Assembly: GCF_963921235.1 (NCBI RefSeq) | Contig: NC_086097.1 | Coordinates: 98,148,001-98,212,000 of the forward strand | DNA from: Mobula hypostoma | Lineage: Eukaryota | Reading direction: 5' to 3' | DNA length: 64,000 bases | Part shown: positions 26,710 through 38,990 of the stretch, one piece after another | Layout: the number at the start of each line of letters is the position of its first letter | How positions within the stretch are numbered: position 1 is the stretch's first letter | The notes under the pieces: generated by a model | Seen by the model: only the letters and a program-made list of their open reading frames with translations | The model's database searches: none | Told to the model about the DNA's origin: nothing | Program-made: the position numbers and the translations under genes

Positions 26710-27650
26710 TCAATAGACAATAGACAATAGGTGCAGGAGTAGGCCAATCAGTCCTTTGAGCCAGCACCGCCATTCACTGTGATCATGACTGATCATCCAC
26801 TATCAGTATCCAGTTCCTGCCTTCTCCCCATATCCCTTGACTCTACTATCTTTAAGAGCTCTATCTAACTCTTTCTTGAAAGAATCCAGAGAATTGGCCT
26901 CCACTGCCTTCTGAGGCAGAGCATTCCACAGAACCACAACCCTCTGTGTGAAAAAGCTTTTCCTCATCTCTGTTCTAAATGGTCTACCCCTTATTCTTAA
27001 GCTGTGGCCTCTGGTTCTGGACTCCCCCAACATCGGGAACATGTTTCCTGCCTCTAGCATGTCCAATCCCTTAATAATCTTATATGTTTCAATCAGATCC
27101 CCTCTCATCCTTCTAAATTTCAGTGTATACAAGCCCAGTCGCTCCAATCTCTCAACATATGACAGTCCTGCCATCCCGGGAATTAACCTCGTAAACCTAC
27201 GCTGCACTCCCTCAATAGCTAGAATGTCCCTCCTCAAATTTGGAGACCAAAACTGTACACAATATTCCAGGTGTGGTCACACCAGAGTCCTGTACAACTG
27301 CAGAAGGACCTCTTTGCTCCTATACTTAACTCCCCTGGTTACGAAGGCCGACATGCCATTAACTTTCTTCACTGCCTGCTGTACCTGCATGCTTACTTTC
27401 AGTGACTGATGAACAAGGACACCCAAATCTCGTTGTACTTCCCCTTTTCCGAAATTGACACCATTCAGATAGTAATCTGCCTTCCTGTTATTGCCACCAA
27501 AGTAGATAACCTCACATTTATCCACATTAAACTGCATGTTCCATGCATCTGCCCACTCACCCAACCTGTCCAAGTCACCCTGCATTCTCAAAACATTCTC
27601 CTCACATTTCACACTGCCACCCAGCTTTGTGTCATCGGCCAATTTGCTAA
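26710..27650 (-). mobile_element. CR1 LINE 3' fragment
   Basis: SKLADDTKLGG through KAGTGY*; (caataga)n tail. Confidence 0.93.
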
Positions 27651-27849
27651 TGTAGGGAATCCTTCGTTCTGGATTTGCTCTTCTAGGGAACGTATGAGCC
27701 GTATGAAGAAGAAGAATTACACCCGATTCTGAGGGGAACGAATACCCTTGCGGAATGGTTTGCTGGACCTGTTGAGATGGAGTTATAGGGCTGAGGGTGG
27801 CGCAGTTGGTATACAAGTATATACAGTGTGTAGTGATACTATGAGGAAG

Positions 27850-30800
27850 GACAAGCAGACGATAGGGCAAAATTTCAGTCAGTGGGATAACATGGGGGCA
27901 AAATTGAAAAGCGTGATGAATACAGGACTGAAGATGTTACATTTGAATGCATGCACTATATGGTACAAGGTAGATGATGTTGCAGTGCAGTTAGGGATTG
28001 GCAGGTATGACATTGTGGGCATCACTGAGATGTTGTTGAAAGAAGATCATAGTTGGGAGCTTAACATCCAAGAATACACATTGTATTGAAGAGACAGGGT
28101 AGGGAGGCAGAGGGGGTGGCTCTGTTGGTATAAAATTAAATCAAATCCTTAGAAAGAGGTGACATAGGATCAGAAATTGTAGAATTCTTGTGGGTAGAGT
28201 TAAGAAACTGCAAGGGTTAAAAACACTGATGGGAATCCAAACCATAGCCAGGATGTCAGCTACAAATTACAACGGGAGATAGGAAAGATATGTAAAAAGT
28301 TCGAAGTTACTGTCATCACGGGAGGGGGGATTTCAATGTGCAGATAGATTGAGAAAATCAGGTTGGTGCTGGATCCCAAGCGAAGGAATTTGTAGATGCC
28401 TATGAGATGGCTTTTTAGAACAACTTGTAGTTGAGCCCACTAGGGGATCAGCTATTCCAAATTGGATGTTGTGTAATAAAGTAGATTTGATTTGGGAGCT
28501 TAAGATGAAGGAACACTTCGGAGGCAGTGATAATAATATAATAGAATTCACTCTGCAGTTTGAGGATGAGAGGCTAAAGTCGGATTTATCAGTATTACAG
28601 TGGAGTGAAAGGAATTACGGAGGCATGAGAGAGGAGTTGGCCAAAATTGATTGGAAGGGGACACTAGCAGGGATGATATCAAAACAGCAATGGCTGAAGT
28701 TTCTGGGAGCAATACGGAAGGCACAAGATAGATACATCACAAAGGTGAAAAAGTATTCTAATAGGCAGATGATGCAACTGTGGCTGACAATGAAGGTCAA
28801 AGACAGCATAACAGCCAGAAAGGGCATATAAAAGAGCAAAAATTAGTGGGAAGTTAGAGGACTGGGAAGCTTTTAAAAACCAACAGAAGGCAACTCACAC
28901 ACACAAAGTGCTGGAGGAACTCAGCAGACCAGGCAGCATCTACGGAAAAGTACAGTTGATGTTTTGGGCTGAGACCCTTCAGCAGGACTGGAGAAAAAAA
29001 GCTGAGGAGTAGATTTAAAAGGTGGGAGAGGGAAGAGAGAAACACAAGGTGATAGGCGAAACCGGGAGGAGGAGGGATGAAGCAAAGAGTTGGGAAGTTG
29101 ATTGGTGAAAGAGATAAAGGGCTGGAGAAGGGGGAGTCTAATAGAAGAGGACAGAAGACCATGGAAAAAAGGAAAGGGGGTAGGAGCACCAGAGGGAGGT
29201 GATGGGCAGGCAAGGAGATAAGGTGAGAGAAGGAAAAGGGATGGGGAATGGTGAAGTGGGGGGGGGGCATTACTGGAAGTTCGAGTAATTGATGTTCATG
29301 CCATCAGGTTGGAGGCTACCCACATGGAATATAAGGTGTTCCTCCTCCAAACTAAGTGTGGCCTCATCTCAACAATGGAGGAGGCCATGGATAGACATTT
29401 TGGAATGGGAATGGGAAGTGGAATTGAAATGGGTGGCTACTGGAAGATCCTGCTTTTTCTGGCGGACGGAGCATAGGTGCTCAGCAAAGCGTCTCCCAAT
29501 CTACGTCGGGTGTCACCGATATACAGGAGGCCACACTGGGAGCACCAGACATGGTAGATGACCCCACCAGACTCGCAGGTGAAGTGTCACCTCACCTGGA
29601 GGGACTGTTTAAGGCATTAAGGGAGGAGGAGTAACACTAGTTCCGGTTGCAAGGATAGGTGCCAGGAGGGAGGTCAGTGGGGAGGGACGAATGGACAAGG
29701 GAGTCGCATAGGGAGTGATCTCTGCGGAAAGCAGGAAGTGGGGGCAAAGGGAAAGATGTGCTTGGTGATGGGATACCAATGGGAATGGCGGAAGTTGCGG
29801 TGCATTATGTGCTGGACGCTGCGGCTGACGGGGACAAGAGGAACCCTATCCCTGGTAGAGTGGCGAGAGGATGGGGTAAGAGCACACGTGTGTGAAATGG
29901 AACAGGGCAGTGTTGACGGTTGAGGAAGGGAAGCTCCTTTCTTTGAAAAAACAGGACACCTCCTTCGTTCTGGAATGAAAAGCATCATGCGGCACAGATG
30001 GAGGAACTGAGAAGGGGATGGCACTTTTACAAGTAACACAGTGGGAGAACAAAAGGCAACTAAAAAGCCATAAGGAGAGAAAAGATTAAATATGAAGGTC
30101 AATAATATGAAAGAGGACACCAAAGGTATTTTCAGATCTCTAAAGAGTAAAAAAGGGGCAAGAGTGGATATCGGACCGCTAGAAAATGACGCTGGAGTAG
30201 TAATGGGGGACAAAGAAATGGCAGACTAATTTAATTAGTATTTTGAGTCAGTCATACCTGTGGAAGACATAGCAATATACCAGAAATTCGAGAGTTTCAG
30301 GGTGCAGAAGTGAGTGCAGTTGCTATTACTAAAATAAAGGTGCTTAGAAAGCTGAAAGATCTTAGCATTCTGAAAGAGGCAGCTGAAGAGATTTTGGAGG
30401 CATTAGTAATGATCCTTCAAGAATCACTAGGTTCTGGAGGACTGGAAAATTGCAAATGTCACTCCATTCTTTAAGAAGGGAGGGAGGCAAAAGACGGGAA
30501 ATGATAAGACAGTTATAATTTCAGTGGTTGGGAAGCTGTTGGAGTCCATGTTTAAGGATGAAGTTTCAGGATACTTGATAGGCCAAAGTCAGCATGGAGA
30601 ATCTTGCCTGAAAAGTCCATTGGAATTCCTTGAGGAAATAATCGGCAGGGTAGACAAAGGAGTCAGTGGATGTTGTTTGCCTGGGTTTTCCCAAGGCCTT
30701 GACTAGGTCTAGACAGAAGACTGGCTGACTGGCAGGACTCAAAAAGTGGGAATAAATGGGGCATTTTCTGGTTGGCTGCCGGTGACTAGTGGTGTTCTGC

Positions 30801-31790
30801 AGATGTCGCTGTTGGAATCACTTCTTTTCACCTCATACTTCAATGATTTGGGTGACCGAACTAATGGCTTTGTGGCCAAATTTGCAGACAAGGTGGAGGG
30901 GCAGGTAGTGTTGAGGAAGCAGGGAATCTGCAGAAAGACTTGGACAGATTGGTAGAATGGAAAAAGAAGTTGGCAGATTGAAAATAGTTTAGGGATGTGT
31001 ATGGTCATGCACTATGGTAGAAGGAATATTTCCTAAACGGTAAAAATTACACAATCAGAGGTGCAAAGGGCGCCCTTGGGCAGGATTTCCTAAAGGCCAA
31101 CTTGCAGATTGTGCTGGTGGAAGGAAAGCAAAGGCAATGTTAGCATTCACTTCAAGGGGACTAGAATATAAAAGCAAGGATGTAATGCTGAGGCTTTATA
31201 AGGCACCAATAAGACCTCACCTCACCTGGAGTATTGTGAGCAGTTTTGGGCCCCTTATCAAGGAAAAGATGTGCTGACATTGGAGAGGGTTCAGACAAGG
31301 CTCTCAAGTGTGAGACTGGGGATGAAAGGCTTAACGTATGGGAGACATTTGATGGTTCTGCACCTGTATTTGCTGGAATTTAGGAGAATGAAAGGAGGGG
31401 ATCTATTAAAACCTATAGAATATTGAAAAGCCTAGATAGAATGGATGTTTCCCATAATGGGGGAGTACAGAACCAGAGGGCACAGCCTCAGAGTAGAGCG
31501 ACATCCATTTAGAACAGAGATGAGGAGGAATTTCTTTAGCCAGAGGGTGGTGAATCTGTGGAATTCATTCTTACATGTGATTGCGGGGGCCAAGTCATTG
31601 GGTATATTTAAAGTGGAAGCTGATAGGTCCTTGATTGGGCAGGATGTCAAAGGTTAGGGGAGAAGGCAGGAGAATGGAGCTGAGAGGGATAATTGTATTG
31701 TGCTATAGGTTTTCTATGTTTCTATTAAATCAGCTATGATAGAACGGCAGAGTAGACTTGATCAGCCAAATAGCTTAATTCTGCTCCTAT
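27850..31790 (+). mobile_element. Old CR1 LINE (endonuclease to 3' end), split by a Penelope insertion
   Basis: YDIVGITE, EHFGGSDNN, TSGVLQ..KFAD and RTRGHSLR motifs, all degenerate. Confidence 0.85.
28896..30047 (-). mobile_element. Penelope-like element fragment (GIY-YIG relic)
   Basis: Minus strand ~29470-29540 resembles CGLLYIGDTRRRLG..FAEHL; flanked by AACAGAAGGCAACT 28882-28895 / AACAAAAGGCAACT 30048-30061. Confidence 0.75.
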
Positions 31791-32950
31791 ATAGAAACAT
31801 AGAAACATAGAAAATAGGTGCAGGAGTAGGCCATTCGGCCCTTCGAGCCTGCACCGCCATTTATTATGATCATGGCTGATCATCCAACTCAGAACCCAGC
31901 CTTCCCTCCATACCCCCTGACCCCTGTAGCCACAAGGGCCATATCTAACTCCCTCTTAAATATAGCCAATGAACTGGCCTCAACAGTTTCCTGTGGCAGA
32001 GAATTCCACAGATCCACCACTCTCTGTGTGAAGAAGTTTTTCCTAATCTCGGTCCTAAAAGGCTTCCCCTCTATCCTCAAACTGTGACCCCTCGTTCTGG
32101 ACCTCCCCAACATCGGGAACAATCTTCCCGCATCTAGCCTGTCCAATCCCTTTAGGATCTTATACGTTTCAATCAGATCCCCCCTCAATCTTCTAAATTC
32201 CAACGAGTACAAGCCCAGTTCATCCAGTCTTTCTTCATATGAAAGACCTGCCATCCCAGGAATCAATCTGGTGAACCTTCTTTGTACTCCCTCTATGGCA
32301 AAGATGTCTTTCCTCAGATTAGGGGACCAAAACTGCACACAATACTCCAGGTGTGGTCTCACCAAGGCCTTGTACAACTGCAGTAGTACCTCCCTGCTCC
32401 TGTACTCGAATCCTCTCGCTATAAATGCCAGCATACCGTTCGCCTTTTTCACCACCTGCTGTACCTGCATGCCCACTTTCAATGACTGGTGTATAATGAC
32501 ACCCAGGTCTCGTTGCACCTCCCCTTTTCCTAATCGGCCACCATTCAGATAATAATCTGTTTTCCTATTTTTGCCACCAAAGTGGATAACTTCACATTTA
32601 TCCACATTAAATTGCATCTGCCATGAATTTGCCCACTCACCCAACCTATCCAAGTCACCCTGCATCCTCTTAGCATCCTCCTCACTGCTAACACTGCCAC
32701 CCAGCTTCGTGTCATCCGCAAACTTGGAGATGCTGCATTTAATTCCCTCATCCAAGTCATTAGTATATATTGTAAACAACTGGGGTCCCAGCACTGAGCC
32801 TTGCGGTACCCCACTAGTCACCGCCTGCCATTCTGAGAAGGTCCCGTTTATTCCCACTCTTTGCTTCCTGTCTGCCAACCAATTCTCTATCCACATCAAT
32901 ACCTTACCCCCAATACCGTGTGCTTTAAGTTTGCACACTAATCTCCTGTT
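31791..32950 (-). mobile_element. Young CR1 LINE 3' portion with an open RT frame
   Basis: Uninterrupted 349-aa ORF 31889-32938; (ttctatgt)n tail; near-identical to ~56835-57992. Confidence 0.96.
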
Positions 32951-35032
32951 CTAAGGAGATATGTTCTAAGTACTCCCTCAGATCCCCTCTAAGCTGCTAA
33001 CCTATACTCTCTTAGACAACACCAAGAGAAAAAAGTATTTTACTATCTATCCTATTTATCTCCCTCATCATTTTAGATACTTCTATCAGGTCAGCTCTCA
33101 GCCTCCTCTGCTTCACATCAGAATTAAGCCAGCCTAGCCAATCTCTCCTTCTAACTGAAATGCTCTAATCCAGGCAACATCCTGATGAATCCACATCATC
33201 TCCCCTCCAAAAGGAAGGGTATATCCATTATGGCACACCAAGATTATTAATTATGGTTTTAATTTCCTTACCTAATAAAAAGATATACTTGATGCAGAGA
33301 GCAGTGAAGGTGCACAGGACTCGGTCCTGGGATGGTTGATCTAGATGTGAAACATACAAAATTACTGGATATCTAAACAGGGAAGTTGTAGGTGGGATCA
33401 TTCGTTGGAATCTACAGTTAGAGTCACAGTTCATAATAAAAGCTACGCCGTTATTATGGAAACAGGCAGATTTGGAATTCTGTGCCCCTGAAGGATGTGG
33501 GGCTGAGCTAAGATTGCTTGGAAAGTAGAAACTTACTAATTTCTAGATTTATCAGGAAGTCAGACATGTGTGGTACAAGATCAGCTATAACTGTGCTGAA
33601 TTTTCAGATTTGAGGGCCTCAGGCAATCTGCAGAGGAACTCAGTAGGTCATGCAGCATCTGTGGAAGGTAAGTTTGACATTTTGAGTTGAAATCATACAT
33701 TGGGGCGGGGGGAATGGTGTTTTCCTCCAACAGATTGTCTGTTGCTCCAGATTTCAGTGTTTAGTCTCTTGTATCTGCATTTGAGGGTCTGTTCCTGATT
33801 CTATCTATGTAATGATTTGATCTGTATAAGCTTTTCACTGTATCTTGGTACATGACAATAATAAACCTACACCAATCTGTGAATGTTGTATATTTAAGAT
33901 TGTACGACTGCTGGCAAATCCTGCAGCAGCTAAACCCCCTAGTCTGGAAACCTGCTCCCAAGAGGTTAGAGGGAGATGGATTCAGAACAAAAATGGAGAA
34001 TAGATCTTCTGAATCCACTCCCCACTATCAAACTCCTTTCCTGAGACTCAAGACCAGGAACTGAATCGAGACCATAGAACAAGAGGAACTGGATCAGGCT
34101 TAAAATAAACGATCGTTCAGTCTTTTTTTAAAAAATAATCTTGTCCTAGTTTCCAACTGCCTATAAAGTAGATTTAGTTAGACTTCGGGATTAGTTTATC
34201 TGTGCTACCAGCTAAGCTAGTTGAGATTGTTCTACTGTATTCCCCATCAGGAAGAGACTGTAATGGTAACACTGTTAAAGGTGCTGTGTACATACATCTA
34301 TTGATGCTCCTGGACACATCTTCAGTGATGTTCCTGGAATCATCGGGTGTTTCGGGTCTTTCAACATCATACAACCTCCTCCAGGTGACCAGCTGGGGTT
34401 GATCAGACCCCAGCTTGTGTCCAGATGGCTATTCCCCATCAGGAAGAGATTGTAATAATAACACTGTTAAGGGTCATAAATTGTAATGGGAAGTTCTCTA
34501 TTAATTTTAATCTCTAATAAATGGTTCATCAGAACACCAGCTCATGGTTTACAATTCATAGTATTCAAAAATTGCTGAACTCGGCTGTGGGTTGGGGTTG
34601 CTCAGTTTTGAGGTCAACAACCTCCCAAAGGTAATCGACAATACACAGGATGACTACAATGCATCTTCCATACAACAGAATTAATCCTCTATTTGTAAGG
34701 CACTGGGGAGTATAATTCATTTGGCCACAAATATTATCTACAAAGAAACAGACAAAAATACAGGAAATAAACACTGGTGCACCCTTGGAACACGGGTCCT
34801 TTATTGCTGTTAGTTCTGTACAGAGGTGAAATCAGAGCAATTGAGCTGCTCCAGGGATCATTCTACATATCAGCGATTCATGCAATTCTTATCCCTTCTC
34901 TCTGAAATGCATAGTTTAATGCAAGCTGCCTCATGCATCTAGAAAACATATAGCACTGGTATTCCATTAAAAAAAAAATCAAATAACAAATTTAGACAGC
35001 AGAATGTTTTATAAACCCAGTGAAACACAGCT

Positions 35033-35038
35033 TTTATT
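35033..35038 (-). terminator. Distal poly(A) signal AATAAA (candidate)
   Basis: tttatt on +; followed on - by GT/T-rich sequence. Confidence 0.55.
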
Positions 35039-37484
35039 GAACAGACAAATTTGAGGACTGAGGCAGTGTGCTCCAATATAGCACTTGATTACACCAGCTC
35101 GAATCAGGCACTACACATGACTTGTACAAAGGGAAACCTGGGACTGAATGTAGTCAGCTGGCTGCGCATTAAGCTTTATGTGGACAGCTGCATCAAGCAC
35201 CAGGTTACCATCAGTGAAGCTTCCCATCCCGACTTTTGAACAGATCAACTTGTAGCAGACGTCACTGATGGGGATTTGCAAACACACCAGCAATTACCTC
35301 AGAAGGGATGTTTAAAAAAATAATAAAATGCATTGTTTCTAACAAAATATTAATCCAGACAGATTACACATGTCCTAAAATATGGAAGAGGCACTTCTAA
35401 ATATATTGAGTAATTTCTTTAAAAAAAATAAAAACAGGAGCTAATGCAGCACTGATAACGGTTTAGAGCCCCCAGGAAACTATAGACTAATTGGTTTACA
35501 AGTGCAGAGTAATGATTCACACTAAAGGAGAAACCAAAAATTGAATTATCAGTGAATTAAAAAAATTGGAAATTTAAAATGGAGAGAAAACACTGGAAAT
35601 ACACGACATTTATGGGAAAATACTAACTTTTCCAAGTGGCTGAACCTGCTGAGTATTTCCAGTCTTTTCTGTTTCCACAATGAAGTCAGCACAAATTCAA
35701 CCTGAAACCTTCCTCAACCAAAAATATCAAAGTGGACAAGGAATATATATTTGTAATTAATTTAGATTTCAGTAATAGCCGTAATGGATTAATAAGAAAG
35801 AGGACAAGTGACAGAATCAATAGGTCTAGCTGCTTCCAGGTGGTGGACGACTGGAGATGAGTGTCAGTCCTCCGGAATGGTTGTGCATAATGATTTATAC
35901 TTCGGACTTGAAAACAATTTCCAAATTTCCAGATGACACTGAATAAACTGCTGAGGGTTAGTCAATTTTTGAAGAAAAACAAAAACACCACCTCTAAAGA
36001 GTCCTGAAAATAATGAAGGATTTTATTGTAGAGAAAGGAATGGCTCCTCTGGTGAGGAAGGCCAGATGCCTTGTGAAAAGGCAGCCACTGAGCACTGAGC
36101 ACTCACTAAAGGGAAAAGCCAAAAGCCTAATGAGCTAGGACAGCAATGCAAGAATGCCTCCACATACTGGTGTCTCTCTCAGTGGCTATGGTGAGTGCTG
36201 GAAATGTACCAGATTTTACCCAATTTCACCAGCTCTGGGAAACCGGGAAACAGGGAGGGAGAGATCCCCACCACTAGAAAAAATGGAACCCAGCTAATCC
36301 CGCTCCTCAGAGTGAAGGGGGGGGGGACTCACCACCTGGGAAAGCAGAACATCTTTAAATCGCCAGTTAGGGAGAACAGATGCACTATCTGCAGTCTGGG
36401 AAAAAGACATAACATACACCCCTCAGTGAGCAGAAGTGTTCTCAACCTTGCCACTACAAGAACCCGGGCTGGCTTAGAAAAATTCTGCGGTACAGATCCA
36501 CGGCTCCTGATCAGCAAGAATGGACAGGGTAGAAGTAGTTGGTGCCCGACTGAGAGGGAGAGCTGTATAAAGACACAAACGCTTGCGAGGCAAAACAAAC
36601 TGGCAGCTGAATGACCATGGAGGAAACTGCTGGTAAAATTATACTAAACACAGAACCAGTGCCTGACTCAGAGCTGGTGCCTCAGCCCCATACAATCACT
36701 GTCCTACCAGCTCAATACCTCGCCCTCTCTGTCTCCTGAAACACAATCAGCTTTGCTGGCTGGACAGCAAACAGGATGGTACATCTGCCATACATTTTAA
36801 TTCCTATTGCTCAGTGTGTTATGCAGTGGACAGGTTTTGTTACAGACTTGGCTATTGTATACGGTACATTTGTGAACATGCAGTTTTGAAGACGTGGCCC
36901 CCTTTTCCCCAGGTTCTTATGATCAGTCCAAGGCTCTGCCAGCATCTAGCAGAGATTTTCCACGCGGGCTCCAGCTGCCTGCACTTAAATCAATGTGGCG
37001 ATGAGCCTCAAACATAATGGACAGCAACCTTTGCTAAACTGGGCGAACACCTGGCTCATGAAGGAGGAGCATTTAGAGTCTAAGAAGTGTGCTGTACTCA
37101 GGACTGAACTTCTTGGGATCGCTTGCTCTGGGTCGTATCCATTAAGACCGTTGTCCCACATTTGTCCTTTTCCCAGTTCTGAGACAGGCTCCTCCTGGCG
37201 TTGGAGCGATGACTGCCAAGAACCAGCCAAGCATTTAGATCCTTGTCAGCCACAGATATTGCTGCTGAACTTGTACCAGCCAAATATAGAGATATCCCAG
37301 TCCTTTTAAAGTCAAGGTTTCCAGGATTAGATGATAGCCTGTACCAGAATAACTCGGTTGAGGTCCGTTTGGTCATTCTACAGCCAGTTCCTTTGGAGGC
37401 CTTCCTCTCTTATACCGTACAGCATTACTAACACACATACAACAGTTATTGCTTCTAATGGCAGATACTCTAAAATCATATGGC

Positions 37485-37490
37485 TTTATT
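37485..37490 (-). terminator. Proximal poly(A) signal AATAAA (candidate)
   Basis: tttatt on +; GT-rich tgttgtatgtgtgtt lies downstream on -. Confidence 0.55.
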
Positions 37491-38776
37491 TGCATTTTAG
37501 TGTGACTACAATTTGTGCTAAGAGTTTCATTTGCAGTTGAAACCCAGGAGGTATTTAAAAATCTTATTCAAAGCAGAATTGTTTTGCAAAGCACTATTTT
37601 TAAAAAAGAAAAGGGACTGTAGTATTAATCTGACCTTCGTGAAGTTAGTCTCAGTTAGCATGAAGGATGTTTCAAGACAGGGTTGTGTGATTAACTGCTT
37701 CAAAGCCTCCAGATGCTGAATAAATGGCACTCAAATCCACCCTCATCACGACAAAGGATCAAGAACAAGCAAAGTAAATGATGACAAATCAGCATTCTGT
37801 GTATGTACGCTGTATTGGAGAACCAGCGTTAAAAGCACTACCAACCAGCCAGCTCGAGGCACAGCTCTCAAAAAAATGTCAAACGCAAAAGGCTGTTCGA
37901 GAAACCCTCTTTAAGATCCCTTCATGTGGCAGATTCACCGTCATGGGCAGCTTTCACCTTTTCCCCATTCCAAATTTACTTTAAAAAAAAAATCAAGGCC
38001 CATTTCCGAGCAAAGGTCTTTTCCTGGGAAGCCCTGCAGAATCCAGTGTCAGGCTGCAAGGTGGTAGGAAACCACTCCAAACCTATGACAGAGCTGCGTG
38101 GTAGATGGATTTACTGCTGGACACAGTACTGTGAACTCTACACATAGTGGGTCTCCAAACAACAAGATGTGTGGACAAAGGATAATGTGGTGCCTAAACT
38201 CCCCTCATCAGTCACATACCCCTCTCTTCCTTGCACAAACAAGTCACCAAGAGGATGTAATTTTTAGATTTCTTATGCATAAAGTTTTGAAATGTCAGTG
38301 GTATTATTTTCAGAAGCTAATTGTTCATATCTGTGTTACACATCACTTTGTTCGTGGACTGGGAAACTGGATGTTCACTTGCTCCAGGTGTTGGGCCAGA
38401 CACTCCCACCAGCAAGATCACCCCTCCCGCTTCACTCCCAACTCACTAGGTTTTCTGAACATCCATATAAGGAATCATTGCCTTCCCCAAAGCAAGCAGT
38501 GGCCTATCTGAACCATCGACATTTCATTGCAAAGCCAAAGCTCAAGAGATGGAGAGACTGAAAGAATGGGTATGAGGTCATCCTGAATCCCTCAAACCAG
38601 TCTGCTGTTTAAACCTGAATTCTGGTTAGTTCATTAAGCTAAACCCCACTTAAAAAAAAATATTTTCGGTTAAACTGCTCATGGCAAGCTCTGCTAACCT
38701 CATGCACTGCCTCTAAAGTTTGGCACTACAGCTGCTACTGAAGCACTAAAGTGGCGTGGAACTATACATCTCCAAA

Positions 38777-38802
38777 TGGAAGACATTGGTGATTTTGTTG
38801 TT
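38777..38802 (-). promoter_or_regulatory. Extended miR-7 complementary site (TDMD trigger)
   Basis: Pairs with miR-7 nt 1-8 and 11-24 (UGGAAGAC UA GUGAUUUUGUUGUU), leaving a 2x4-nt central internal loop. Confidence 0.95.
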
Positions 38803-38853
38803 CTGTTTTTTCTCTTAAAAAAACTCGTCGTGACACATCTTTTCACGTTATAA

Positions 38854-38862
38854 TATTGCACA
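38854..38862 (-). promoter_or_regulatory. miR-25/92 family 8mer site (TGTGCAATA)
   Basis: tattgcaca on +; ~50 nt 5' of the miR-7 site in the transcript. Confidence 0.7.
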
Positions 38863-38982
38863 GCCCGAACTTTTACCTAAATGAATACTAAAAATTAAAA
38901 AATAAATGCAAGTCTAAAAGATCTAAAAAAAATAGGGGTTGGGGAGGGGAAAGGGTAGCACTCTACTCTACCAATACTGCAC

Positions 38983-38990
38983 TATATACA
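38983..38990 (-). promoter_or_regulatory. Pumilio response element TGTATATA
   Basis: Matches UGUAHAUA; a PRE-like TGTATAG is at 38768-38762. Confidence 0.5.

Noticed and set aside
38777..38802. Plus-strand sequence as a mir-7 gene
   Set aside because: Mature nt 9-10 (TA) are replaced by ATTG and no star arm or hairpin follows; it fits a minus-strand target site instead
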